Below, one piece after another: positions 18,649 through 28,507 of a stretch of 64,000 bases of DNA. Position numbers and translations under genes: made by a program. Source of the DNA: Obrimoposthia wandeli (lineage: Eukaryota); assembly GCA_977020255.1 (NCBI GenBank), contig CDROCS010006248.1:1-64000 (forward strand). Direction: 5' to 3'. The notes beneath the pieces were generated by a model. It was not told where the DNA came from, did no database searches, and saw only the letters and a program-made list of their open reading frames with translations. Position 1 is the stretch's first letter; each line of letters opens with the position of its first letter.

Positions 18649-20388
18649 TTAGTGATCTTGCGCAGCGTTTACGCCACCTGCTGGTGTGCGGAAATTATCA
18701 ACCATTTGTTGAATTTCCAAAGGTGCTGGGCCTGTAAATCTGCAAACAATAAAGGCTACACTAAAGTTTACAAAAGCGCCGACTGAGCCGAAGGCGTTTG
18801 GTGAGATACCAAAGAACCAATTAGCTTCTAGGCCACCTAAGAATGAAGTACCTGGGATAAACATAATACCTTTGTGCTGGAATACATACAGCATGGTAAT
18901 ACCGATACCCGAACACATGCCCCAAATTGCTGCTGTGCCACTCATCTTACGGGAGAATATACCCATCATTAGTGCTGGGAATATAGAAGATGCAGCTAAG
19001 CCGAAGGCTAGTGCTACTGTTCCGGCGGCAAATCCAGGCGGATTTAAACCTAAGTACCCTGACACTAAAATAGATATGGTCATGACAATTCGACCGGCTA
19101 GTAGCTCATTTTTCTCTGAAAGATCAGGTGTAAATATGCCTTTCATCAAATCGTGAGATATAGAGGAAGATATCGCCAATAGTAAACCTGCAGCTGTTGA
19201 TAGTGCAGCGGCTAATCCACCGGCAGCAACCAAGGCAATTACCCAGTTAGGTAGGTTTGCAATTGCAGGGTTGGCTAATACCATAATGTCTTGGTCAACT
19301 TTAACCATTTCATTAACTGCTTTATCAGCAGTGTATTGGATTTTACCATCACCGTTCTTGTCTTCAAATTTTAGTAGACCAGTACGTTCCCAATCTTTAA
19401 ACCATTGTGGACGCTCTTCATACACTAAATTTTCACCAGCTGTAGGCTCAATTGTATGCATTAAGTTTAGACGCGCCATTGCGCCAACAGCGGGTGCAAC
19501 AGTATAAAGTAAAGCGATAAATACTAGAGCATAACCTGCAGATGAACGAGCAGCTTTTACTGAAGGTACAGTAAAGAAGCGCATGATTACGTGAGGTAAA
19601 CCGGCAGTACCAATCATCAATGATAGCGTGTAGGCAATCATGTTTGCATTGTTACCGATAGTTTGTGTGGTGTACTCTTTAAAGCCTAGTTCAGTTACAA
19701 CTAAATCAAGTTTGTCGAGTAAGTAAGTGCCACTACCGTCTGCTAATGTGCTACCTAAACCTAATTGCGGTATAGGGTTGCCAGTCAGTTGCATTGAGAT
19801 GAATATTGCAGGAATAGTGTAAGCGAAGATTAGTACCACATACTGCGCGATTTGCGTGTAAGTAATACCTTTCATGCCGCCCAGTACTGCGTATACCCAA
19901 ACAACACCCATACCGATGTAAAGACCGGTAGCGTATTCAACTTCTAAGAAGCGAGAAAATGCAACGCCGACGCCCTTCATTTGACCGATGATATAAGTCA
20001 GTGAAGCGATGATCAAACAAATAACAGCAACTATTCGAGCTGTTTTTGAATAATATCGATCAGAGATAAATTCCGGTACGGTAAACTTACCATGCTTACG
20101 CATGTAAGGTGCTAGAAGTGTAGCGAGTAATACATAACCGCCTGTCCAGCCCATAAGGAAAACAGAGCCGCCGTAACCGTTAAATGCGATAAGGCCTGCC
20201 ATTGAAATGAACGAAGCAGCACTCATCCAATCGGCGCCAATTGCCATGCCGTTTTGAATAGGGCCTACGCCGCCGCCAGCAACGTAAAACTCTTTAGTTG
20301 ATCCTGCACGTGCCCACCAAGCAATGGCGAAGTACAAACCAAACGAGCCGAATACGGCAATGTTGGTATATAGTCTTAATTCATCCAT
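18649..20388 (-). CDS. Sodium:solute symporter, ActP-like (acetate permease family)
   Basis: GADWMSAASF, GKFTVPEFI, GTAGLPHVIMRFFTVP and AALSTAAGLLL. Confidence 0.9.
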   Translation of the reverse strand: MDELRLYTNIAVFGSFGLYFAIAWWARAGSTKEFYVAGGGVGPIQNGMAIGADWMSAASFISMAGLIAFNGYGGSVFLMGWTGGYVLLATLLAPYMRKHGKFTVPEFISDRYYSKTARIVAVICLIIASLTYIIGQMKGVGVAFSRFLEVEYATGLYIGMGVVWVYAVLGGMKGITYTQIAQYVVLIFAYTIPAIFISMQLTGNPIPQLGLGSTLADGSGTYLLDKLDLVVTELGFKEYTTQTIGNNANMIAYTLSLMIGTAGLPHVIMRFFTVPSVKAARSSAGYALVFIALLYTVAPAVGAMARLNLMHTIEPTAGENLVYEERPQWFKDWERTGLLKFEDKNGDGKIQYTADKAVNEMVKVDQDIMVLANPAIANLPNWVIALVAAGGLAAALSTAAGLLLAISSSISHDLMKGIFTPDLSEKNELLAGRIVMTISILVSGYLGLNPPGFAAGTVALAFGLAASSIFPALMMGIFSRKMSGTAAIWGMCSGIGITMLYVFQHKGIMFIPGTSFLGGLEANWFFGISPNAFGSVGAFVNFSVAFIVCRFTGPAPLEIQQMVDNFRTPAGGVNAAQDH

Positions 20389-20391
20389 AGT

Positions 20392-20640
20392 CTACTCCTC
20401 CACGCCGTATTTTTTATCTAATTTGTTCATTTTGTAAGAGTACCAAAATACGAGTGCGACAAAAGTAACAATAGATCCTTGTTGTGCAAACCAGAAACCT
20501 AATTTGTAACCACCTAATCTAATGGTGTTCAGTGGTTCTACCAAAACCAAACCGAAGCCGTACGAGACGATAAACCAAATGACTAAGCATATCGCGATGA
20601 TGCGCAGGTTCTCCTGCCAATACGATGAGTTTTCTTTCAT
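20392..20640 (-). CDS. DUF4212 small symporter accessory membrane protein
   Basis: YWQENL...LGFWFAQQGS...Y...MNKLDKKYGV; immediately upstream of the symporter, with an AGGAG RBS. Confidence 0.85.
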   Translation of the reverse strand: MKENSSYWQENLRIIAICLVIWFIVSYGFGLVLVEPLNTIRLGGYKLGFWFAQQGSIVTFVALVFWYSYKMNKLDKKYGVEE

Positions 20641-20919
20641 CATAATCTCCTTCATGCGTATTACCGATAGTAATACTCAATGCTGTTGTTTTTATATGTA
20701 AGGAATGGCATTTGTGAACAAAGCAGTGTGCTTTGTTGTTAACACCCTAATTAACAGTCTGCCAGAGGCGAATACACTGGTTGTACTGTATCTATAGGCT
20801 AACAACGTTTAATGTTTGCTCCAATTACACTTTAGTCTTAGATGGCTTGCTTAACATTGACGTAGCTTGGTGTTTTAAGGAAAGTAGGCGCATAAAAAAC
20901 ATAAAATGGAGCGTAAGAA

Positions 20920-22779
20920 ATGGCAGATGAGTTAGCGGATATTTCAGCCTTTGTAAAATCGATCCCCCCCTTTGATCGATTACCAGAGGATCGGGTAAGG
21001 CAAATAGTGAAGTTAATCGACATTTGCTATATTCGAAAAGATGACCCTTTGCCGCCAGCAGACGTGGTTGAGCCTAGGCTCTATATCTTACGAAAAGGAA
21101 GTTTAAGTTATTTTCAAAACGATGAAGAACTTCTAGGAAAATACACCGAAGGCGAAATATGTGCCCTTTATTGCCAAGAGCCGTTAGCTCACGATATAAA
21201 AGTTCTGGCCGATGAAGACTGTCTTATCTACTCCATTAGTTATTATGCTTTTAAGAAAAACCTTGAAGGGTTTACTCAAGTTAGCAATTTTTTCTCAGCC
21301 ACATCAGAGCAGCGCTTACAAGATGGTGTTAATCAGTTAGCAGATGACGCTAAAATATCTGCCTCATTAATGGATGTGACGATAGAGTCTATATATCAAG
21401 GCCCCGCAGCTACCATCGCGCATGATGTCAGCATTACAGACACAGCTAAACGAATGACTGAGTTGAACTTTTCATCTTTGTTAGTGATGAACGGGGAAGA
21501 GCTGGTGGGCATTATAACCGATAAAGATATTCGCAAACGTTGTGTCGCAGAAGGCGTGCCTGCGAGTAATAGCGTGTCAACTATTGCCACACAAGACCTG
21601 TTATCGATTGAAACCGATAAGAATGCTTTTGATGCTCTTATAATGATGAATGCCAAACGTATACATCATTTACCGGTAATGCATAATAATAAATTGGTAG
21701 GGATGATTACCTCCACTGACTTGATGAACAAAGAAGGCCAAAACTCGGTTTATTTAACGGGCGCTATTCAAAAAGCCGAAAATTTAGATGCGTTGGTCGA
21801 TATCAGCCTGCTGGTGCCAAAATTACAACAGCGCATGGCGAAGATGGGGACAACTGCTAATCATGTTGGCAAACATGTCACAGCTATTACCAACGGTATT
21901 ACTTCAAGGTTAATAGAGTTAGCGCAGCAGCAGCTAAAAGAGCAAGGGCTTGGTGAAGCGCCAATGGCGTTTGCATGGGTGGTGGCGGGCTCGCAAGCTA
22001 GGCATGAGCAGCTTTGCCATACAGATCAAGATAATGGCATTATATTAGCTCAAGAGCCGACAGCGGAACAAGATCAGTGGTTTTTTAAGTTAGCGACCTT
22101 TGTGTGTGACGGTTTGGCAAAGTGCGGTTATATTTATTGCCCTGGCGATATCATGGCTACCAATGATCAATGGCGTGTATCTAAAGACAAATGGAATCAA
22201 TACTTTAATAGCTGGGTAACCAAGCCAACGCCACAAGCGTTATTAAACAGTAGTGTGTTTTTTGATCTAAGTTTTGTTTATGGCGACATCCGTTTGTTGC
22301 AAGAAGTACGCACTAATTTTTTGAGCAAAACAAAAGCCAATACGTTGCTGCAATCTCATTTGAGTCGAAATGCGTTAACGCTGCGTCCTCCTTTAGGTTT
22401 CTTTCGTGATTTCGTTTTAGTGTCTAAAGGTGAAAACAAAGATACCCTTGATTTGAAACACAGTGGAATTGCTCCAATCATCGAGCTTGCGCGCGTGTAT
22501 GCTCTATCGCTAGGTATTGATGCTGTTAATACATTAGAAAGATTAGAAAAGTCAGCGGGTAGCTCGTTACTTACAGCACCATCAGCAAAAAGCTTAATTG
22601 ATGCTTTTGAGTTTTTAGGCGCATTGCGATTACAGCATCAAGCACGACAGATAAATACTAATAATGAGTTGGATAATTTTTTACCGCCTAAAGATATTTC
22701 AAAATTAGAGCGAGAACATTTAAAAGACACATTCAAAGTGATTAAAACGCTGCAAGATGCGCGACAAAAAGATTTTTAA
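20920..22779 (+). CDS. cNMP-CBS-DUF294 nucleotidyltransferase-like protein
   Basis: cNMP-like N-terminus (IPPFDRL), a CBS pair, NTase motif GSQARHEQ...TDQDN, CPGDIMATN and DLKHSG...IIELAR. Confidence 0.88.
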   Translation: MADELADISAFVKSIPPFDRLPEDRVRQIVKLIDICYIRKDDPLPPADVVEPRLYILRKGSLSYFQNDEELLGKYTEGEICALYCQEPLAHDIKVLADEDCLIYSISYYAFKKNLEGFTQVSNFFSATSEQRLQDGVNQLADDAKISASLMDVTIESIYQGPAATIAHDVSITDTAKRMTELNFSSLLVMNGEELVGIITDKDIRKRCVAEGVPASNSVSTIATQDLLSIETDKNAFDALIMMNAKRIHHLPVMHNNKLVGMITSTDLMNKEGQNSVYLTGAIQKAENLDALVDISLLVPKLQQRMAKMGTTANHVGKHVTAITNGITSRLIELAQQQLKEQGLGEAPMAFAWVVAGSQARHEQLCHTDQDNGIILAQEPTAEQDQWFFKLATFVCDGLAKCGYIYCPGDIMATNDQWRVSKDKWNQYFNSWVTKPTPQALLNSSVFFDLSFVYGDIRLLQEVRTNFLSKTKANTLLQSHLSRNALTLRPPLGFFRDFVLVSKGENKDTLDLKHSGIAPIIELARVYALSLGIDAVNTLERLEKSAGSSLLTAPSAKSLIDAFEFLGALRLQHQARQINTNNELDNFLPPKDISKLEREHLKDTFKVIKTLQDARQKDF

Positions 22780-22788
22780 GGAGCGGTT

Positions 22789-23514
22789 ATGATATTTGAT
22801 AGGCGCTCTATAGCAGGGGCCAAAGCAACATTACAATACTATTTTAGCTTGCAAGCCAAGCGAGAGAGATTGCTTAAGAAAGCGAGACCAGGGCCGCTGC
22901 AAGACTTTTTGTCAGTGCCTTTTCCCTCTATAGATCAGTTGTTATATGAAACGCAAATTCTCACGGTAGATTTTGAAACGACAGGTTTTAATGCCAATCA
23001 CGATCAAATACTGAGTATTGGTTATACCACCATGCAGCGCGGGCAAATATCTTTAGCTGATTGTTATCATGAAATCATAAATACAAAAGGCTCGTTAGAC
23101 GCATCTAACGTGGCAGTGCACAGTATTACAGATCAAAACAAAACGCAGGGTATAAGTTTAGAGCAGGGTGTCGAAGATTTATTGAAGGCTTTAGCGGGAA
23201 AGGTGATGTTAGTGCATTATGCACAAATAGAGCGCACGTTTTTACAAAAAGCGTGTTATCGGCTTTACGGCATCGCGCCTGTCTTCCCGATGATAGATAC
23301 CTTGATGATTGCAAAAAAGCGTAAAGATAAATCACTAACGCCCTATAGCCCAGATGAGCTACGTTTAGAAAGCTTACGAGAAGAACACGAGCTGCCACAA
23401 CACTTCGCACATAATGCTTTGAACGATGCGGTGGCAACAGCAGAGCTATTACTAGCGGAGACCTCTTTGCGAAAAAGGCCTCAAGCAATAGTGCTAGATA
23501 AATACTTGCTTTGA
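22789..23514 (+). CDS. DEDDh 3'-5' exonuclease (DNA polymerase III epsilon-like)
   Basis: DFETTG, IDTL and HNALNDA; 9 bp downstream of the DUF294 gene. Confidence 0.85.
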   Translation: MIFDRRSIAGAKATLQYYFSLQAKRERLLKKARPGPLQDFLSVPFPSIDQLLYETQILTVDFETTGFNANHDQILSIGYTTMQRGQISLADCYHEIINTKGSLDASNVAVHSITDQNKTQGISLEQGVEDLLKALAGKVMLVHYAQIERTFLQKACYRLYGIAPVFPMIDTLMIAKKRKDKSLTPYSPDELRLESLREEHELPQHFAHNALNDAVATAELLLAETSLRKRPQAIVLDKYLL

Positions 23515-23517
23515 ATA

Positions 23518-24120
23518 TTAGTTAGTTTTAAATAAACGGTAATGTACTTTGCCGCTGATCTTCTCGCGGTGCAAAGCCCAATCATGTTGCAATACCGCTC
23601 TTGGTTCTGTTTCAACATAGATATATGCGTTGCGATTGAGTAGTTTTTTCTCGGTGAGCAATGTACAAACGCTCTGCGCGAAACCTTTGCTAAATGGAGG
23701 GTCTAGAAACACGATATCAAATTTAGGGCTATCTTCTGCTGGCTCATCAGGCAGCTGCTTTAGCCATTGAATGACATCACGTTGAGCTACTTCTGCATCT
23801 GTACAGTCGAGTTTTTGAATGTTATCGCGCAGTGCTTTAGTAGATAAAGGCGCTATGTCGATGAACATGCAGCGACTTGCACCTCGCGATAGAGCTTCTA
23901 TGCCTAGTGCACCGCTACCAGCAAATAAATCTAAACAACGTGCTCCTGGAACAGCCGATTGTAGCCAATTAAATAATGTTTCACGGACACGATCAGGTGT
24001 TGGTCTCAAACCCTCTATTTCGGGGAAACTCAATTTTCTACTACGCCATTGGCCACCAATAATTCTTACTTGTGGCAAAGGTGCTTGAGGGGCTTTTTTA
24101 GATTTTGATTTTGCGGGCAT
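23518..24120 (-). CDS. rsmD: 16S rRNA m2G966 methyltransferase
   Basis: RIIGGQWRSR, LRPTPDRVRETLFNWL, LDLFAGSGALGIEALSRGA and DPPF. Confidence 0.96.
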   Translation of the reverse strand: MPAKSKSKKAPQAPLPQVRIIGGQWRSRKLSFPEIEGLRPTPDRVRETLFNWLQSAVPGARCLDLFAGSGALGIEALSRGASRCMFIDIAPLSTKALRDNIQKLDCTDAEVAQRDVIQWLKQLPDEPAEDSPKFDIVFLDPPFSKGFAQSVCTLLTEKKLLNRNAYIYVETEPRAVLQHDWALHREKISGKVHYRLFKTN

Positions 24121-24122
24121 AG

Positions 24123-25337
24123 TTAGCTCGGTTGTAAGCGAATAAAGATAGCTGATTCGCTGAATGTTTTATTTATTTGAGATCGGATCTGATCCACAGT
24201 TATATCATCTAGCAGTGCTTCAAATTCAGAATCTGATTGAGTAGGTAATTGATAATATAGTTTTTTACTGTAAAGCTTAAATAATCTTTCTCTATTGTTA
24301 ATTAGATCCGCATATTGGCTTATGAGGCGCTCTTTTATTGCTGATAGATCAGAATCTATATCTATTTGGGTAAGCGTGTTTTTGATTTTTAATAGAGAGT
24401 TCTCGCTCAAGCGTTTTTGAGTAGAGAGAATAAGGGCTCGGTAACCGCTTTCAAAAATAGGCTTTTTAATTATGCGAAATTGAATGTCTGATGTTTTAAA
24501 TTGCTGATTTAATAACTGGCTAATGACAAGATTAGTCATAATGTCAGAGGCGCTTTGCACATTCGATTGGTTAGCAAGTTGTGTGGCGATTAAAGTGTGG
24601 TGCAAGTCAGAGCGCTGCAAGATAGTAGCGGCGCTTGGTTTCCATGCATCTAACATCGCAAGGCGATTGGCCGGCTGCGGATAAACTTTAGAAAATTGTA
24701 AATCAATATCAAGCGTTAACGGAGCATCAAGATCGCTGCTGGTGATGAATAATGCGCTTGGAGATGATTTTAAAACGAACTGTAGCTGCCTTGGGCTTTT
24801 ATAAAAGCTAGCAATACGTTGGTTGAATTCTTGAAGCAGCTGATTATCAGGTGCTTTATTATCGACATATAATTGTGCACTCACTAGTTTACGCTGCTGC
24901 ACCGTTTTAAATTTTGAAGCACTGCTTAAAAGCTGATTAACGCTCTCTTCAATTGAAAAGCTTAGTGGGGTGTCGGATGGTTGTGCCCAACGAAAAGTGA
25001 TTTCTAATCGATCGCTTGTCCACAAAATAGATTGCACGTTATTCATAAGCTCAGCACTTGCTCGCAGTGCATAGTATTCGAGATTACGTGCAATTTGCTG
25101 CTGATTTGTCAGTGCCGGCTGTGTTGGATAAGAAAGTAATAAGCGATGCTGTTCAAGATCATCAACAGGCAATACTTTTAAATGTGAAACAGCGTTGAGA
25201 ATTGTCGTAGGTTGATCTAATGGAGAGGGAGCTTTTTCACTTAGAAACACGATAGCGATAGCCACTACAAAGCCCAAATACTTCAAATACGTGCGATTAA
25301 AGAGAGGTTTATATTCTTTTTTATGTGACGCTGACAT
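24123..25337 (-). CDS. Exported hypothetical protein, probably a degenerate M16 peptidase-like protein
   Basis: N-terminal TM/signal; C-terminus 'LLDDITVDQIRSQINKTF' resembles M16 C-terminal ends; no HxxEH. Sits between ftsY and rsmD. Confidence 0.5.
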   Translation of the reverse strand: MSASHKKEYKPLFNRTYLKYLGFVVAIAIVFLSEKAPSPLDQPTTILNAVSHLKVLPVDDLEQHRLLLSYPTQPALTNQQQIARNLEYYALRASAELMNNVQSILWTSDRLEITFRWAQPSDTPLSFSIEESVNQLLSSASKFKTVQQRKLVSAQLYVDNKAPDNQLLQEFNQRIASFYKSPRQLQFVLKSSPSALFITSSDLDAPLTLDIDLQFSKVYPQPANRLAMLDAWKPSAATILQRSDLHHTLIATQLANQSNVQSASDIMTNLVISQLLNQQFKTSDIQFRIIKKPIFESGYRALILSTQKRLSENSLLKIKNTLTQIDIDSDLSAIKERLISQYADLINNRERLFKLYSKKLYYQLPTQSDSEFEALLDDITVDQIRSQINKTFSESAIFIRLQPS

Positions 25338-25571
25338 CTTAGATAACCACCTTCATTTAAATGACTTTTGATTATCGCCAAAAAAACAAAAAAATTATAG
25401 TCATCAAACCAGTAAAAGTTGGAAAATTGAGCGATGAGTATTTTATATCTCTATGATAAGATAGCGCGTTCAAAATACAGTAGTTTATAAATGTCATGCT
25501 ACTGTTATTAATTAAAAAATTATTTGATAAATAATGATATTAGCAATTTTAAATTAAATTGAGGTAGGAAA

Positions 25572-27773
25572 TTGAATTCTCTTTATACATGGATGGCTGA
25601 AAACGGCTTTGATCCAGCGCTTATCGCCTATGCAGGTGCTGCTATTGCATTATTTGCTCTTATTAAACTGTATTTTTTCCAAAAGAAGAATAATGCAGAA
25701 ATTGAAAAACAAGCAGCGATGCAACGCGAAGAAAATGAAGCGGCAAAGCTGCAGGCGCAAAAAGAGAAACAACAGACTGCTGAACAGCTAGAAATTGAGA
25801 AACTAGAAGCAGAGAAGCTAGAAGCTGCGAAACTAGAAGCTGCGAAACTAGAAGCTGAGAAATTAGAAGCTGAGAAATTAGAAACTGAGAAATTAGAAAC
25901 TGAGAAATTAGAAACTGAGAAATTAGAAGCTGAGAAATTAGAAGCTGAGAAATTAGAAGCTGAGAAATTAGAAGCTGAGAAATTAGAAGCTGAGAAATTA
26001 GAAGCTGAGAAATTAGAAGCTGAGAAATTAGAAGCTGAGAAATTAGAAGCTGAGAAATTAGAAGCTGAGAAATTAGAAGCTGCGAAGCTAGAAGCTGCGA
26101 AGCTAGAAGCTGCGAAGTTAGAAGCTGAGAAAGTAGAAGCTGAGAAACTAGAAGCTGAGAAACTAGAAGCTGAGAAGTTAGAAGCTGAGAAGTTAGACGC
26201 TGAGAAATTAGACGCTGAGAAATTAGACGCTGAGAAGCTAGACGCTGCGAAGCTAGACGCTGCGAAGTTAGACGCTGCGAAGTTAGAAGCTGCGAAGTTA
26301 GAAGCTGAGAAGTTAGAAACTGAGAAGTTAGAAACTGAGAAGTTAGAAACTGAGAAGTTAGAAACTGAGAAGTTAGAAACTGAGAAGTTAGAAGCTGAGA
26401 AGTTAGAAGCTGAGAAGCTAGAAGTTGAGAAGCTAGAAGCCGAGAAACTAGAAGCTGAGAAACTAGAAGCTGAGAAACTAGAAGCTGAGAAACTAGAAGC
26501 TGAGAAACTAGAAGCTGAGAAACTAGAAACTGAGAAGTTAGAAGGAGAGAAGCTAGAAGCTGAGAAGCTAGAAGCAGAGAAGCTAGAAGCTGAGAAGTTA
26601 GAAGCTGAGAAGTTAGAAGCTGAGAAGTTAGAAGCTGAGAAGTTAGAAGCTGAGAAGTTAGAAGCTGAGAAGTTAGAAGCTGAGAAGTTAGAAGCTGAGA
26701 AGTTAGAAGCTGAGAAGTTAGAAGCTGAGAAGTTAGAAGCAGAGAAGCTAGAAGCTGAGAAGTTAGAAGCAGAGAAGCTAGAAGCAGAGAGACTAGAAGC
26801 AGAGAGACTAGAGGCTGAAAAGGTTGTTGAACCTGTAATCAAAGCAAGTTTCTTTAGCAAAGTAAAATCAGGTTTAGCTAAAACTAAAGCTAGCATGTCA
26901 AAGCAGATGGGAGATTTATTTCTCGGTGCTAAAGAAATTGACGATGAATTATTAGAAGATTTAGAGACGATTTTAATCACCTCAGATATCGGCATGTCTG
27001 CAACTACAGAAATAATTGCCAAGTTAACAGGTCAAGTTGATCGCAGTGAATTGAAAGACCCACAAGCTTTACACATTGCCTTAAAGCAAGAATTGTCTTC
27101 CATCTTACACGCCGTCGATAAGCCGCTAGAAATAGATAGCTCTAAAGCGCCTTATGTCATTTTAATGGTGGGTGTTAATGGTGTGGGTAAAACGACAACT
27201 ATCGGTAAACTGGCTAAAAAGTATCAAAATGAAGGGAAATCGGTGATGTTAGCTGCGGGTGATACTTTTCGCGCAGCAGCCGTTGAGCAGCTTCAAGTAT
27301 GGGGTGACAGAAATAATGTCCCAGTGGTTGCGCAGCATACCGGAGCTGATTCTGCATCAGTATTGTTTGATGCTGTGCAATCAGCAAAAGCAAAAGGAGT
27401 AGACGTCTTAATAGCGGATACAGCAGGTCGCTTACAAAACAAAGATAACTTGATGCAAGAATTAGAAAAAGTTATTAGAGTGATGAAAAAGCTAGATGAC
27501 ACTGCTCCACATGAAGTGATGTTAGTACTGGATGCCGGTACTGGTCAAAATGGTTTGAGCCAAGCACAAATTTTTGGTGAGTCTGTAGGTGTAACGGGAA
27601 TTACATTAACAAAGCTTGATGGTACAGCAAAAGGTGGCATTATTTTCGCAATTGCTAAGTCTCTTAAATTGCCGATTCGCTTTATTGGCGTCGGTGAGCA
27701 AATTGATGATTTACAACCTTTTGTTGCAGAACAGTTTGTTGAAGCATTATTTGATCAAGAAGTAGAAAGATAA
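25572..27773 (+). CDS. ftsY: SRP receptor FtsY with N-terminal TM segment and very long repeat A-domain
   Basis: NG domain with GVNGVGKTTTIGKLA, DTFRAAA, DTAGR and TKLDGTAKGG; TTG start with GAGG RBS. Confidence 0.96.
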   Translation: MNSLYTWMAENGFDPALIAYAGAAIALFALIKLYFFQKKNNAEIEKQAAMQREENEAAKLQAQKEKQQTAEQLEIEKLEAEKLEAAKLEAAKLEAEKLEAEKLETEKLETEKLETEKLEAEKLEAEKLEAEKLEAEKLEAEKLEAEKLEAEKLEAEKLEAEKLEAEKLEAAKLEAAKLEAAKLEAEKVEAEKLEAEKLEAEKLEAEKLDAEKLDAEKLDAEKLDAAKLDAAKLDAAKLEAAKLEAEKLETEKLETEKLETEKLETEKLETEKLEAEKLEAEKLEVEKLEAEKLEAEKLEAEKLEAEKLEAEKLEAEKLETEKLEGEKLEAEKLEAEKLEAEKLEAEKLEAEKLEAEKLEAEKLEAEKLEAEKLEAEKLEAEKLEAEKLEAEKLEAEKLEAEKLEAERLEAERLEAEKVVEPVIKASFFSKVKSGLAKTKASMSKQMGDLFLGAKEIDDELLEDLETILITSDIGMSATTEIIAKLTGQVDRSELKDPQALHIALKQELSSILHAVDKPLEIDSSKAPYVILMVGVNGVGKTTTIGKLAKKYQNEGKSVMLAAGDTFRAAAVEQLQVWGDRNNVPVVAQHTGADSASVLFDAVQSAKAKGVDVLIADTAGRLQNKDNLMQELEKVIRVMKKLDDTAPHEVMLVLDAGTGQNGLSQAQIFGESVGVTGITLTKLDGTAKGGIIFAIAKSLKLPIRFIGVGEQIDDLQPFVAEQFVEALFDQEVER
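25791..26825 (+). repeat. In-frame 15-bp tandem repeat (about 69 units), consensus GAAGCTGAGAA(A/G)(T/C)TA = EAEKL
   Basis: Units in exact 15-bp phase from 25791 to 26825, in homogeneous sub-blocks (EAEKL, ETEKL, EAAKL, DAEKL, DAAKL, EAERL). Confidence 0.95.
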
Positions 27774-27847
27774 TTGCTTTTAACCAATAGCTAAGCCTTA
27801 ATTAAGGTAATGAAATCAATAGAGCTTAAAAAGGAAGCGCTCACTAA

Positions 27848-28507
27848 ATGATCAACTTTGAACAAATAACAAAAAAGTATCCTGCGGGGTTCGAAGCAGT
27901 TCAAGATGTATCCTTTACCATTAAACCTGGAGAATTGGTTTTTTTAACAGGGCATTCAGGTGCCGGTAAAAGTACTATCTTGAAATTGATCATGTTGATG
28001 GAGCGCGTTTCAAGTGGCTCAATAACCGTTAATCAAAAAATTCTCGCTGACATGGGGCCAAAAGATATCCCATTACATCGACAGCAGATAGGCGTGGTGT
28101 TTCAAAACCATCAATTATTGTTTGACCGATCAGTGTTTGACAATATAGCGCTACCTTTAAGAATATGCGGTTATGATGCCCAAGATACGGCAAAAAGAGT
28201 GCGTGCAGCACTCGATAAAGTGGGGTTGCTCAATCGAGAGAAAGTCAATCCTAAGATGCTTTCAGCAGGAGAGCAGCAGCGTATAGGCATCGCTAGAGCA
28301 ATTGTGCATAAGCCTAAAATATTATTAGCAGATGAGCCAACGGGCAATTTGGACCCACAGTTATCCGCAGAAGTGATGACGTTGTTTCAACAGTTTAACC
28401 AAGTAGGCACGACGGTACTTGTGGCAAGTCACGACTTGAGTTTAATTAGGCGTATGAACTGCCGTACTTTGACCTTAAATAAAGGTAGGCTGGTGGACGA
28501 TGTCTAA
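27848..28507 (+). CDS. ftsE: Cell division ABC ATPase
   Basis: GHSGAGKST, LSAGEQQRIGIARA and LLADEPTGNLD; follows ftsY. Confidence 0.95.
   Translation: MINFEQITKKYPAGFEAVQDVSFTIKPGELVFLTGHSGAGKSTILKLIMLMERVSSGSITVNQKILADMGPKDIPLHRQQIGVVFQNHQLLFDRSVFDNIALPLRICGYDAQDTAKRVRAALDKVGLLNREKVNPKMLSAGEQQRIGIARAIVHKPKILLADEPTGNLDPQLSAEVMTLFQQFNQVGTTVLVASHDLSLIRRMNCRTLTLNKGRLVDDV

Noticed and set aside
25791-26825. Array considered as a CRISPR or a pentapeptide-repeat (Rfr) beta-helix
   Set aside because: There are no spacers or cas genes and the array is in-frame within ftsY. EAEKL lacks the A-(D/N)-L register of Rfr proteins.
25628-27022. 464-aa antisense ORF of (S/N)FSAS repeats
   Set aside because: It is the reverse-strand shadow of the ftsY 15-bp array; the repeat unit simply has no stop codon in that frame.
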